Virus record (IMG/VR): IMGVR_UViG_3300050196_000225
Location: 1-64,000 of that record
Origin: a virus
Strand: one strand, 5' to 3'
Length of the DNA: 64,000 nucleotides
Of the stretch, positions 1-8,558 are shown in pieces. Numbering within the stretch: position 1 is the stretch's first letter; each line of letters opens with the position of its first letter. Under the pieces are notes generated by a model, which was given only the letters and a program-made list of their open reading frames with translations, did no database searches and was not told the origin of the DNA. A program made the translations under genes and the position numbers.

Positions 1-62
1 TCGACCGTGCCCATCGGGCCGGTAAAGTTTTGGTAGCCGCCGCCAGTCAATCGAAATTTCAT
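1..62 (-). CDS. 5' end of an unidentified virion-module gene (runs off the window start)
   Basis: ATG at 62-60 with a GAAGAGG purine run upstream, right after the capsid terminator. Only 20 codons are visible (MKFRLTGGGYQNFTGPMGTV). Confidence 0.4.
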   Translation of the reverse strand, partial: MKFRLTGGGYQNFTGPMGTV

Positions 63-81
63 GTTTGCCTCTTCAAAATGG

Positions 82-105
82 AAAAAAGGCGGGTCGAAAC
101 CCGCC
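82..105 (-). terminator. Rho-independent terminator after the capsid gene
   Basis: The minus strand reads GGCGGGT-ttcg-ACCCGCC followed by TTTTTT, about 38 nt after the capsid stop. Confidence 0.75.
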
Positions 106-117
106 TCTTTAGTCTAC

Positions 118-133
118 GTCACTTGTGACTGAA
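118..133 (-). promoter_or_regulatory. Degenerate copy of the TAAGTCA-N4-TGACTTA palindrome family
   Basis: Plus strand gtcacttgtgactgaa. The minus strand reads GTCAcaagTGACgTAGACT. It lies between the capsid stop and the terminator. Confidence 0.4.
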
Positions 134-142
134 TCACAAGGA

Positions 143-1075
143 TTAGATGTTGGTCACGCCTTGCAGACGAGCAATCGAGCGAGTGGACTTGAGGGCCAGG
201 CCGCAATACCACTTCACGCGGGTGCGAGTCGCGTCCTTGTTTTGAACGGTGCCGATGTTCTCGACCACCAGGCCAGCGTTGCCACCGCCATACAGACCGT
301 GCAGACCATCCAGCTCGTTCATGCGCAGGGCATACACGGAAGCCGTGTTCGTGTTCGCGCCTTGCGTTTCGGCGCCAGACAGGAACTCGTTCATGATGAT
401 GGGGATGCCGTTGTGGGTCAGCATCGGGCGACCGAAGTTCTCCAGCTGTTGCATCACGGCGTCGGTGCCGTAGGTGGCGCGCAGCAGAGCGCGATAGGCA
501 CGGATGGTGCCGCGGCGCATGACCAGCACGTCGGCGCCATTGGGGATGGCGTCGCACAGCTCGTCCAGCATGGACATGGTCAGGGCATTGCCGTTGGTGC
601 CGGCAGACACCAGTTGCGAGCCGCCCACGGTGGCTGCATAGGCCTGAGCTTGAGCGGCCAGCTGGGGCAGGCCGTCGAACTGCTTGGCGTTGGCGGTGGC
701 ATTGCCAGTAGCCAGAACCTTGTGGAACTCGCGCGCCACAACCTTGGCCTTTTTGGCGATTTGGATGGCCAACTGGTCGTTGGTGTCACCCATCGTTGCC
801 TGCAGGAACTTGTCCACGTCCACGTCGCCAGCGATGATGCGCAGCTTGGCAATCACTTCTTGGAAGTTCGCCGAGCTTTCGTTCACCGTGTCGTTGGGGT
901 CCAGCCAGTCGGCCGTGCCGTTGTATTTTTCACGCTCGTAGACGTAGGCCTTGCTGTTCACGCCCATGAAGGGCAGAACGGCAAACAGGTCGTCACGGTC
1001 GATAATTTCGTCGATGATGCCGGAGATGAGCGTGTTATTGCTCAACTGCTCGGCTTCGGTGCGAAGCAAAGGCAT
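143..1075 (-). CDS. major capsid protein
   Basis: 310-aa ORF, last gene in the terS-terL-portal-scaffold-capsid order. Ala/Gly/Thr/Asn-rich composition. It has its own promoter upstream and a strong terminator downstream. Confidence 0.75.
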   Translation of the reverse strand: MPLLRTEAEQLSNNTLISGIIDEIIDRDDLFAVLPFMGVNSKAYVYEREKYNGTADWLDPNDTVNESSANFQEVIAKLRIIAGDVDVDKFLQATMGDTNDQLAIQIAKKAKVVAREFHKVLATGNATANAKQFDGLPQLAAQAQAYAATVGGSQLVSAGTNGNALTMSMLDELCDAIPNGADVLVMRRGTIRAYRALLRATYGTDAVMQQLENFGRPMLTHNGIPIIMNEFLSGAETQGANTNTASVYALRMNELDGLHGLYGGGNAGLVVENIGTVQNKDATRTRVKWYCGLALKSTRSIARLQGVTNI

Positions 1076-1144
1076 TTCTTATTTCCTTAGAGTAGAGAAT
1101 CAAACTTCTCGGCCCCTAAGTCGCTCTAGTTCACCGATGACGGG

Positions 1145-1188
1145 ACTCTATCCTATTTGAGGACTTTTGTCAAGTCATCGGTGACTTA
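1145..1188 (-). promoter_or_regulatory. sigma70-type promoter with an upstream palindrome (capsid promoter)
   Basis: On the minus strand: TTGACA (1173-1168), a 17-nt spacer, then TAGAGT (1150-1145). The palindrome AAGTCAccgaTGACTT (1187-1172) abuts the -35 and is centred at about -41.5. It sits about 70 nt upstream of the capsid ATG. Confidence 0.55.
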
Positions 1189-1195
1189 CTTCGAA

Positions 1196-2038
1196 TTAGG
1201 AAGTCGATTTCAGCGCTTTCAGGCCAGCCGAAATTTTCGAAATACCATCGGCTGGCACTTCTTGCTTTTGCACGCCACTGGCGCGACTGGTTTGCGAGCC
1301 GGCGCCGGCCTTGACCTTGCTCTTGATCAAATGATCCTTGTCCGGGTCCAGATCAACGATCTTGGCCAGGGCTTGATCAAACGCCACGGGCGTGCCGTAT
1401 TGGTCAACCAGAGCGGTGCGATTGGCTGCGCCGCGGGGCTTGTCATAGCCCACGACCTTGCCGTCTTCCAAGTCGAAGTGGTCTGCGTAGATCACGCGGG
1501 CCTTGGCTGGCGTCAGGGTCAGTTCGTCAGCGATGAACTTGGACTGAGCAAACTGGCTGCCGATCGACAGCTCGTTGATATTGCCGGCCAGCTTGGCGCG
1601 TTCACTGGCTTCTTGCGCCAGCTGATCCTTGAGCGTCTTGATTTCTTTGGCATGCTCTTCAGCCATGCGCGCCTTCAGACGCTCGTAGTCGCCCTTGGCC
1701 TCAAGTGCCTTTTCTTCGGCCGTCTTTTGCTCCGCCAGCAGCTTGCGAACCGCGTCCAGGTCCAGGCCTTCCACCGACTTCTTCAGCGCGGCGATCTCCT
1801 CATCCTTCTTGCGCAGCGCTTCTTTCTTTTGCATGTTCTCCTTCAGGAGACGCGCCTCTTCGTCAGAAGTCTTGCGGGCGCCCTCGCCACTGGCCGCGGC
1901 CGCCGCAGCCTCAGCTTCGGCTTTCGCTTTGGCTGCCGCAGCTGCCGCGGCGTCATCTACACCACCGCCGCCGGTCGAGCCTTCGCCGCCGGTTTCGAGG
2001 TCGCGGTATTTGAGGAAAACTTTGCGGGTCACGAACAT
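1196..2038 (-). CDS. scaffolding protein
   Basis: 280 aa with Ala/Glu/Lys-rich coiled-coil-like sequence (AAAAAAKAKAEAEAAAAAA, EEARLLKENMQKKEALRKKDEEIAALKK). It lies between the portal and capsid genes. Confidence 0.65.
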   Translation of the reverse strand: MFVTRKVFLKYRDLETGGEGSTGGGGVDDAAAAAAAKAKAEAEAAAAAASGEGARKTSDEEARLLKENMQKKEALRKKDEEIAALKKSVEGLDLDAVRKLLAEQKTAEEKALEAKGDYERLKARMAEEHAKEIKTLKDQLAQEASERAKLAGNINELSIGSQFAQSKFIADELTLTPAKARVIYADHFDLEDGKVVGYDKPRGAANRTALVDQYGTPVAFDQALAKIVDLDPDKDHLIKSKVKAGAGSQTSRASGVQKQEVPADGISKISAGLKALKSTS

Positions 2039-2082
2039 TTCAATTGCCTTTCAGACCGTTCTCTCGGCCATCAGTTGTATAA

Positions 2083-2106
2083 GGCGGGTCATTCTCTTGA
2101 CCCGCC
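2083..2106 (-). terminator. Stem-loop after the portal gene (weak terminator or attenuator)
   Basis: GGCGGGTC-N8-GACCCGCC, followed on the minus strand by TTATACAAC, which is only partly U-rich. Confidence 0.35.
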
Positions 2107-2110
2107 AGGG

Positions 2111-3778
2111 TTACTTGGAGTCTTTGGTCACCTGACCTTGACGCTTGTCTTTGGTCGGCTTTTTGCCGGCGCCGCCGGCGGGGGTCGGCGTGTTGCCGCT
2201 TTGGGAGGTCGTCTTGGAGGACACGTCGCCAGAGGCGTTTGCAACCGCCATTTGCGATGCCAGCTCGACAGGGTCGATTGGCCAGTCCTTCAGTTCCGAC
2301 TCCATCTGCTCGCGCAGCTTTTTGCCAAGCTGCGGGAACAGCTTGTCGAGGACCATCTTCATCTGCTCGCGTCGAATCGTGTCCGGCGCTTCGATCAGCA
2401 TCAGACGAGCCGAAATATCAAACTCGTCGTAGAGCCCTCGCGTGTCAAAGTTGTCCGGGTAGGACACGATGTCTTCGACGCTTTCTGCCTTTTCGCCATT
2501 CCACAAAGCAACCAGGCGCGCGATCTTCTTTTCGACCGCCTCCAGGCTGTCGGCCTTGGCCGACAACAGAGCATTCACTCGCTCGAAGTCGTAGGCCTTT
2601 GCCACGCCAGACGAGTTGTCGATGCCGACCGCGTTGTCTTGCTTGGTGCGCTCGCCGGCCAGACCGACGGTGTGGTAGATCTCGCCAATGATCTTGTTGA
2701 TCACGGTGACGATCAACTCGGCCTGCTTGACGTCAGGCGAGAGGTAGAAAGGCTGGCCGCCACCTTCGCCGTCGAACAGGAAGACGCGCTTGGTGCCCAT
2801 CTCCAGCATCTTGGTGTAGGTGTCCTCGCCAGGCAGCACGTTCTGCGCCGGCATGGCCAGCTGCGAGAAAGTCTGGTCCTGGATGATGGCGTCAAGGTTG
2901 GACAGGTAGTTGGCGACGGCGCGGTCCAGGTAGGCGATGTCGTCAATCAGCGCCGGGGCGCAATACTCTTCGTCCGTGATGATGTTGTCGGCCAAAATCA
3001 CCGGCACTTCGCCCAAAGCGTGATCGCCGCTGTCAATTTCCACGATGATCTTTTTGCGCCCCTGCGTGCGCTCCTCGTAGAGCTTCCAGTTCGTTTTGGT
3101 CCACAAACGCCAGCGGTCCATCTCTACGCCAGAAGACTCGAACGGATCAGCGTCATCGCGCGCGCACTCGCGCACCAGCACCCAGTTCAAGGCGCCGTTA
3201 TCGTCAAACGAGTAGTCGAGCAGCTGGCCAGGGCCGACCGTGTAGGCGTAGGTGCGAATGCCAGCTTTTTTCTCGTCAGCCTTGGAAACCACGGCGTTGG
3301 CCGGCGCCGTGGTGTCGACCACAATGCCGATGCGGCCCTGCTGCGAAGTCTTCTTACTGACCTGACGCATGAAGTCTTTGATGGTCAGGCCGCCCTTGGT
3401 TGACTTCTTCCAGAAGTCCTTGACACACTGCGGCGCATCTTCTTCGTTGCGCGTGATGGACTGCTTGAACAGGTATTTGTTGATCAGGTCAACAACTTCG
3501 CGGCTGTGGTTGAAGCGGTAGGCGCGCTGCACGCGGTCGGCAAACTCTTTGTCGCCTTCCTTGATGTAGCGAAACACATTTTCATCAAACCATTCTCGGC
3601 CGCCCTCGTATGTCTCTTCCAGGAAAGCCCAGTGGTCAACGTTGTCCTCGTATTCTGGATGGCGACGCGACACCAGCTTGCGCAGGCGCTTTTGCTCGTC
3701 ATTCATCAACAGCGTGGCCGTCGAGCTGATGTCCTTGGGGTCAATGGTGGCGACCGCGCCTGGCTGTGAGATATTCAT
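2111..3778 (-). CDS. portal protein
   Basis: 555 aa, directly downstream of terL, with a typical portal size. I moved the start from GTG 3799 to the in-frame ATG 3778, which has an AGGA RBS just upstream. Confidence 0.75.
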   Translation of the reverse strand: MNISQPGAVATIDPKDISSTATLLMNDEQKRLRKLVSRRHPEYEDNVDHWAFLEETYEGGREWFDENVFRYIKEGDKEFADRVQRAYRFNHSREVVDLINKYLFKQSITRNEEDAPQCVKDFWKKSTKGGLTIKDFMRQVSKKTSQQGRIGIVVDTTAPANAVVSKADEKKAGIRTYAYTVGPGQLLDYSFDDNGALNWVLVRECARDDADPFESSGVEMDRWRLWTKTNWKLYEERTQGRKKIIVEIDSGDHALGEVPVILADNIITDEEYCAPALIDDIAYLDRAVANYLSNLDAIIQDQTFSQLAMPAQNVLPGEDTYTKMLEMGTKRVFLFDGEGGGQPFYLSPDVKQAELIVTVINKIIGEIYHTVGLAGERTKQDNAVGIDNSSGVAKAYDFERVNALLSAKADSLEAVEKKIARLVALWNGEKAESVEDIVSYPDNFDTRGLYDEFDISARLMLIEAPDTIRREQMKMVLDKLFPQLGKKLREQMESELKDWPIDPVELASQMAVANASGDVSSKTTSQSGNTPTPAGGAGKKPTKDKRQGQVTKDSK

Positions 3779-3791
3779 GTTATTCCTAGTG

Positions 3792-3809
3792 TAAGTCACC
3801 TGTGACTTA
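3792..3809. promoter_or_regulatory. Perfect TAAGTCA-N4-TGACTTA palindrome
   Basis: taagtcacctgtgactta in the short terL-portal spacer. It ends 13 nt before the portal ATG. The minus strand continues TGACTTACACTAGGAATAACATG. Confidence 0.6.
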
Positions 3810-3819
3810 TTGGCAAGGC

Positions 3820-5073
3820 CTATCGAGACAGGCCACCAACGTCAATCTTGCGCACCGGGTATTCCAGCTCGATGCAATAGCCCGCAGCGTCAGCGCTGTG
3901 CTCGACACCGGCGTCTTTGTCCACGTCGCGCGAACCGGGCTTGTAGATGGTTTGCTCGAAGGCGTTGATCAAGTGCTTGCAGCTGGCGTCAACGCGCAGG
4001 CGCACGGTGCCGTCTGCGGCGCGCAGCATGCGGTTGACGGCGTTGACGCGGTCGGCCACAAATGGGTGCTTGCGTCGATACTTGATCTTCTTGAAACCCT
4101 TCTCTCGCAGAATGTCCAAGTCGGTTTCGCCACGTGCGTGCTGGCGCTGGCCGCCGGCGGGGTCAGGGTAGACGACGACCTGGTTTTGGCTGCGCCAGAA
4201 CTTTTTCTCCAGCGCCTCGCAAGTCTCTTCCGTATTCGAGCCAAACTGCACCACCTCCGACACTGCCCACAGCTCGCCATTTGTCTGCGGCTGAAACACC
4301 ACTGCCGACATGGGGTCGATGTTGAAGTCCATGCCGACCCAAATGGGCAGCTTAGAGTTGAACGGATACTGGCCGACGTGTTCCTGGCGGTCAAACGGGT
4401 AGTAGACGCGCCCGGACATCGTCTCGAAGCTGGCCTCAAACTCCTGCTTGAACGACTTTTCGTCCATGTCGGCGCGAGCGGCCGCAATTTCCGACAGCGG
4501 AATGAATGGCGACGTGATGGTCGGGAACTGCCAGGACTCCCACTGCCCTGCCCTGACCTTGCGTGGGTCTTGGCCGTGCTTGTAGAGGGTGTAGAGCTGG
4601 TTATAGGCCTTGGGCGTGCCGATGAAAATGGCATGCCCGCCGGTGTCGGCCAGCGTCGGGCGAAGCACTTGTGTCCAGGTTTCCTCGCTCATGTCCTGGA
4701 ACTCGTCCAGCACCAGGAAGTGAATACCCACGCCGCGCAGTGAGTCAGCCTTATCGGCGCCTTTCAGCTCGATGCGCGTGTTGTTGATCAGCGTGATGGC
4801 CAGCGTTGTCTCGTTGATCTTCTTGATCCACTTTTTTGGGATGGCGTCCAGCAAGTCGGTCCACATGATCTGCTTGGCCATGCGGTAGGTCGGAGCCACA
4901 TACCAGATTTTTTGGCGGGGCTTGCCGGCTTTTGCCACCATGAGCGTGCGCGACAGCGCGGTCTTGCCCCAGCGGCGGCCAGCCACCACGACGCGAAAGC
5001 GCGCCTTGGAGCGGTAAACCACCATCTGCTTGGGGTGCAGGGACAGACTCGTGCGCTTGACCGGCTTGGACAT
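3820..5073 (-). CDS. terL: terminase large subunit
   Basis: 417 aa. Walker A-like VVAGRRWGKT and Walker B-like FLVLDEFQD. Nuclease-half motifs VGMDFNIDP and YPDPAGG. The start overlaps the terS stop (TGATG). Confidence 0.9.
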   Translation of the reverse strand: MSKPVKRTSLSLHPKQMVVYRSKARFRVVVAGRRWGKTALSRTLMVAKAGKPRQKIWYVAPTYRMAKQIMWTDLLDAIPKKWIKKINETTLAITLINNTRIELKGADKADSLRGVGIHFLVLDEFQDMSEETWTQVLRPTLADTGGHAIFIGTPKAYNQLYTLYKHGQDPRKVRAGQWESWQFPTITSPFIPLSEIAAARADMDEKSFKQEFEASFETMSGRVYYPFDRQEHVGQYPFNSKLPIWVGMDFNIDPMSAVVFQPQTNGELWAVSEVVQFGSNTEETCEALEKKFWRSQNQVVVYPDPAGGQRQHARGETDLDILREKGFKKIKYRRKHPFVADRVNAVNRMLRAADGTVRLRVDASCKHLINAFEQTIYKPGSRDVDKDAGVEHSADAAGYCIELEYPVRKIDVGGLSR

Positions 5074-5699
5074 CAGTCTTCCACGACCTCGCCGTCACTG
5101 GGCTCGCCGGCCTCCTCCACGACCACCTCGCCAAGCTCCTCGAACTCGTTAAAGTCGCGATCGCGCAAGTCCTTGACCTGGTCATCTGTCAACTCGGAGA
5201 TCACCAATTCTGGCAAGCCGTCGTCATCGTCGCCGCCTTCTTTGTCCAGGCCCAGAATGGCCCAACGCTCTGAGCGCGCCTTTGTCAGCACGGTCATGGC
5301 CGCGTCCAGCGACTTGAGGTTGCCGGCGATTGCCGACATGGGAATGCCTTCGTTTTTCGCCTTCAGGATCTCGGCCCAAGCGAGCTTGGCCAGGCCAGAG
5401 GCCATCTTGTAGTGGTCCTCTTTCGTCTCGCGGATGCGACCGGCGTAGACCGCCGCGTCTTCTGCCGCAGCTTTGGCCACTTCATCAACCACGCGCGCCT
5501 TGACCTTCGCCGACTTGGAGCCGCGAACCACGCCCGCCCTGGCCATGTGCTTGGACACAGCCGACTCGCTCACGCCCAACTTGGCGGCCAGGCCTTCGAG
5601 CGTAGCGTCACCCATTTCCCACAGGGTTTCCGCCTGAACCCACTGCTTTGGGGTCGGGCGACGTTTGGCTTCTGGCTTTTCTTGTGCCGGTTCCGTCAT
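5073..5699 (-). CDS. terS: terminase small subunit
   Basis: 208 aa. N-terminal HTH-like ATLEGLAAKLGVSESAVSKHMARAG, a very acidic C-terminus, and translational coupling to terL. Confidence 0.7.
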   Translation of the reverse strand: MTEPAQEKPEAKRRPTPKQWVQAETLWEMGDATLEGLAAKLGVSESAVSKHMARAGVVRGSKSAKVKARVVDEVAKAAAEDAAVYAGRIRETKEDHYKMASGLAKLAWAEILKAKNEGIPMSAIAGNLKSLDAAMTVLTKARSERWAILGLDKEGGDDDDGLPELVISELTDDQVKDLRDRDFNEFEELGEVVVEEAGEPSDGEVVED

Positions 5700-5717
5700 C
5701 GTGATTTCTTTTCAGGC

Positions 5718-5746
5718 AAAAAAATGGGCGCAGGAGGTAGGCGCCC
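5718..5746 (-). terminator. Rho-independent terminator 19 nt upstream of the terS start
   Basis: The minus strand reads GGGCGC-ctacctcct-GCGCCC-A-TTTTTTT. It lies only about 26 nt downstream of the predicted start site of the promoter at 5779-5807. Confidence 0.7.
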
Positions 5747-5778
5747 AAAAGAAAGACCCGAAGGAGTTAATGTGGCGC

Positions 5779-5822
5779 AGCATACTTCAGACGCGTCCAA
5801 ATGTCAAGTCATCTGTGACTTA
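5779..5822 (-). promoter_or_regulatory. sigma70-type promoter with an upstream palindrome (in front of terS)
   Basis: On the minus strand: TTGACA (5807-5802), a 17-nt spacer, then TATGCT (5784-5779). The palindrome AAGTCAcagaTGACTT (5821-5806) is centred at about -41.5, the same geometry as the capsid promoter. Confidence 0.55.
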
Positions 5823-6226
5823 GTTTGCAGGGCTGACAAAAGCCCGCAGGCGGCGGCTGAAGCCCTTGTGGGCTGCGGGACGGTGATGTAGATCTCTCCC
5901 CCGAGACTGTAGACCGCAACGTATTCCTGAAAAAAGTCCTTCTTGCTCTTTTTGGTTCGATTGTCCAGCGTCGGACAAATCAGCTGCCAGGCGTCGATCT
6001 TTCCCGCCTCTTTGCGGCACAGCATTTCATCCGTGCTGTAGCTTGGAGCTTTGGAGATCTCCACGCCGACGGTTCGAAAAGCTGAACCGCCTGCATATTG
6101 CGTGTCAAAGCCGAGCAGGCAGTCAATTTCTGCATCTGCGGCGCAGCCTGGCTCGAACTCCATTCCGACTTGGGTGACTTGGGAGTCCAAGCCGCTTTCT
6201 ATATATGTATTAACTTCTTTCTTCAT
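5804..6226 (-). CDS. hypothetical protein
   Basis: 140 aa from ATG 6226, with an AT-rich TATATATAAG stretch upstream. The track ORF extends to TTG 6268. The last codons overlap the palindrome and -35 of the terS promoter. Confidence 0.5.
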   Translation of the reverse strand: MKKEVNTYIESGLDSQVTQVGMEFEPGCAADAEIDCLLGFDTQYAGGSAFRTVGVEISKAPSYSTDEMLCRKEAGKIDAWQLICPTLDNRTKKSKKDFFQEYVAVYSLGGEIYITVPQPTRASAAACGLLSALQTKSQMT

Positions 6227-6280
6227 TTCACTTAACTTATATATATGAAAAGTCGTGGCGATCCCCAAGTCGGTCCCAAG

Positions 6281-6571
6281 TCATTCTTGAGGCTCAACCA
6301 GGGAGACGGGACGGGGAGAGTTAGCGGCCGCGAAGTGCTGCCCCAAGACAGTCACGCCAAGCAGACCACGCTGGCGGCCCCGACGTTTTTCAACGCCACG
6401 CTTTTCCACCAACTCGTGCTTGACCAGCGCTCGGATCGAAAAGTGAATGGAGTCCTTGGACGGCTTGTAGCTCAGGCGCTCCAGCAGCTCGTCCAGGTCA
6501 ATCAAGGAGCCGTCCGGGTTGCCGGCAGCCACCTTGCACACCACTTCGATTTGTTTGTCGGTCAGTCGCAT
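6281..6571 (-). CDS. winged-helix DNA-binding protein (MarR/PadR-like fold)
   Basis: 96 aa. SIHFSIRALVKHELVEKRGVEKRRGRQRGLLGVT looks like a recognition helix plus wing. It starts 2 nt after the stop of the upstream GNAT-like gene. Confidence 0.5.
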   Translation of the reverse strand: MRLTDKQIEVVCKVAAGNPDGSLIDLDELLERLSYKPSKDSIHFSIRALVKHELVEKRGVEKRRGRQRGLLGVTVLGQHFAAANSPRPVSLVEPQE

Positions 6572-6573
6572 GA

Positions 6574-7461
6574 TCAGCGCAGTGCGGAAAGGTTCAGGGG
6601 CGCGTCTACGGGCTGGTTGTCGAACGCCATCAGGGGAATACGATCTGGGAGGTCAACCCCACCTTTGGCTTCGTCATAGTCGGGATTGAGGTAGACGCCG
6701 TAAAGTGGGCTGGCGAAGATCAACTGCTGCAGGTTCTTGAGCAGCTTCTCTACCGGCAGCGCATCGACCCGGCGTGTGCCATTCATGCGGTTGTCGCCGG
6801 ACTTCTCCATCGAGCTGAAGTCGTAGTAGAACTTGCGCATCTCGCCAACGCACTTCTCGCGCGCCGCGGGGGTCATGGCGTCGATCTCGCCCATCACCCC
6901 AACGAAGTCTGTCGGGATGGACTCGAACCAGCGACGAAACCAGGCCAGACCGCGCTCGTAGTTGCCAGAGCGCCGCGGCTTGGTAAAGCGCATGCCAGCT
7001 TTGGCCGCGAACGGGTTGAACTTGGACATCGACGACTGGAACTCGATCAGCTGGCAGCCCGTCATGCGCATCATCAGGTTTTGCATGCGGTAGGCAATGC
7101 CGGCGCCTCGATACATGGTGTCCAGGACCAGGCGAGAGTTGGTGCAGCAGTGGTCGTTGATCCACTCGGCCCGATACTTGTTCATCAGGCGGGTGTCGCG
7201 GCCATTGACGTTGGGGCGCAGGTGCGTGAACAGCTCGTTGCGGCCAGACAGGAGCATCTTGGGCACCGTCATGACGCCCACGCCAATGGTCTGCCCGTCC
7301 AGCACGCAGCGGTAGATGCGCGGGCCGATGCCCAGGTTCTCGGCCTTGTAGTGCAGCTCGTGCAGCAAGTCCCAGTCTTCCTTGGTGCCGCGCTCGACGT
7401 AGATGTCAGGCAGCAGCGACAAGGCGTGCTTGGGCGGCACTTCTCGGCGCTCAATGATCAC
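6574..7461 (-). CDS. GNAT-like acyltransferase with an extra C-terminal domain
   Basis: Beta-strand TIGVGVMTV followed by the acyl-CoA-site-like YRGAGIAYRM. About 150 further aa have no motif I recognise. The GTG 7461 start makes a GTGA overlap with the trx stop. GTG 7470 is an alternative start. Confidence 0.45.
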   Translation of the reverse strand: MIIERREVPPKHALSLLPDIYVERGTKEDWDLLHELHYKAENLGIGPRIYRCVLDGQTIGVGVMTVPKMLLSGRNELFTHLRPNVNGRDTRLMNKYRAEWINDHCCTNSRLVLDTMYRGAGIAYRMQNLMMRMTGCQLIEFQSSMSKFNPFAAKAGMRFTKPRRSGNYERGLAWFRRWFESIPTDFVGVMGEIDAMTPAAREKCVGEMRKFYYDFSSMEKSGDNRMNGTRRVDALPVEKLLKNLQQLIFASPLYGVYLNPDYDEAKGGVDLPDRIPLMAFDNQPVDAPLNLSALR

Positions 7462-7721
7462 AGCAGCCACTCCACCAACTTGGACTCGATGGCGGTGGGC
7501 GTCATGCCACCGCTGAAGCGGTCGACCTCCTGGCCGTCCTCCAGCAGAACGGTCACCGGCACGGCGCGCACGCCAGCCGCGGCGAAGTCGCCCGCCGTGG
7601 CCGACCCCAGCTCCAGCACCGTCAGCTTAAAGCCGCGCTGCTGCGACTGGAACTGCAGCTCGGGCTTGAGTTGGCGACAAGGGGCGCACGTTGGCGAGGT
7701 GTAGGCGACGACTTCACGCAT
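7458..7721 (-). CDS. thioredoxin-like protein
   Basis: 87 aa from ATG 7721, whose first codons overlap the ABC ATPase stop by 8 nt. CxxC site YTSPTCAPCRQLKP. Thioredoxin-sized. Confidence 0.75.
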   Translation of the reverse strand: MREVVAYTSPTCAPCRQLKPELQFQSQQRGFKLTVLELGSATAGDFAAAGVRAVPVTVLLEDGQEVDRFSGGMTPTAIESKLVEWLL

Positions 7722-8367
7722 CTTTATATCCTTCTGGGGCGCGCACGATCTCGATCTTCTCGCGGTAGCGCTTGTTGATGTAGAGGCTCGGCGCCAGGTC
7801 CGCAACCATGTCCGTGTGGGTAGTGGCCACGATCAGCGTGGCGCCAACCTTTCGGGCGACTTTTTGCAAGTTGAACGCGATCACCTTGGCCGTCGTTCGG
7901 TCCAGCACGGCCAGAAACTCGTCTGCCGTCCAGACCTTCGCGCCAGACTCGATAATCTTGGCCAGGCGAAAGCGGTAGCGCTGCCCGTCCGACAGCTCTT
8001 GCGGCTTTCGGATGAACAGGTAGGCGTCGTTCAGACCGGCGATGGACAGGTAGTTCAGCGCGTCGGCTGTGGTCTTGCCGATCTGGTCGATCAGCGGGCG
8101 CGTTTCGTCCAGCTCGATGGCGTCCAGGTCGGTCACGCCCAGGTGCGACATCTGACTGGCCAGCTCGCGCAGGACCGTGGATTTGCCTGAGCCGGACTGG
8201 CCCGTGACGTAAACCACATCGCCTTGCAGGATCTCAAGAGGCTGGTTGTCAAAGACCACGAACTCCTTGTCATCCAGGCCCAGCCCGAAGGCTTCGGCGA
8301 TCTCCAGCACGCGCTCGGTGCGCTCCACTTCCGTGTGAAAGCGCTTGTCGATCAGGTATGTGCTCAT
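7714..8367 (-). CDS. soluble ABC-type ATPase
   Basis: Walker A GQSGSGKST, signature-like LSDGQRYR, Walker B VWTADEF and H-loop ATTHTD. No permease partner nearby. Confidence 0.8.
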   Translation of the reverse strand: MSTYLIDKRFHTEVERTERVLEIAEAFGLGLDDKEFVVFDNQPLEILQGDVVYVTGQSGSGKSTVLRELASQMSHLGVTDLDAIELDETRPLIDQIGKTTADALNYLSIAGLNDAYLFIRKPQELSDGQRYRFRLAKIIESGAKVWTADEFLAVLDRTTAKVIAFNLQKVARKVGATLIVATTHTDMVADLAPSLYINKRYREKIEIVRAPEGYKDA

Positions 8368-8558
8368 CGGCGCGGCACCCCGCGCAGCAAGGGGCTCAGC
8401 AGCGCGCTCAGCAGGGCCAGGCAGCCCACCGCGATCAGCGCAACGCCCGCGACCACCAGGAAGGCAGCGACGGCGAAAATCGTGGTCGGCAGCCAGATGA
8501 TGAAGATGGCGGCGATCATCACGACGGCCGCAAAAATGGACAAGGCTTTGCGCATCAT
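8364..8558 (-). CDS. small membrane protein (2 predicted TM helices)
   Basis: 64 aa from ATG 8558, with ATGA overlaps at both ends. Hydrophobic runs IFAAVVMIAAIFIIW and FAVAAFLVVAGVALIAVGCLALL. Confidence 0.5.
   Translation of the reverse strand: MMRKALSIFAAVVMIAAIFIIWLPTTIFAVAAFLVVAGVALIAVGCLALLSALLSPLLRGVPRR

Noticed and set aside
1157-3403. 748-aa plus-strand ORF, the longest plus-strand ORF in the track
   Set aside because: It lies exactly antisense to the scaffold and portal genes. Its composition is Arg/Leu/Gly/Ala/Val-rich and low in complexity, as expected for the mirror frame of high-GC coding DNA. It has no RBS and does not fit the operon structure. The same reasoning applies to 10609-11649(-), 37293-38405(+), 38415-39599(+), 46374-47795(+), 50756-51637(+), 54665-55777(+), 56934-57821(+) and 59412-60674(+).
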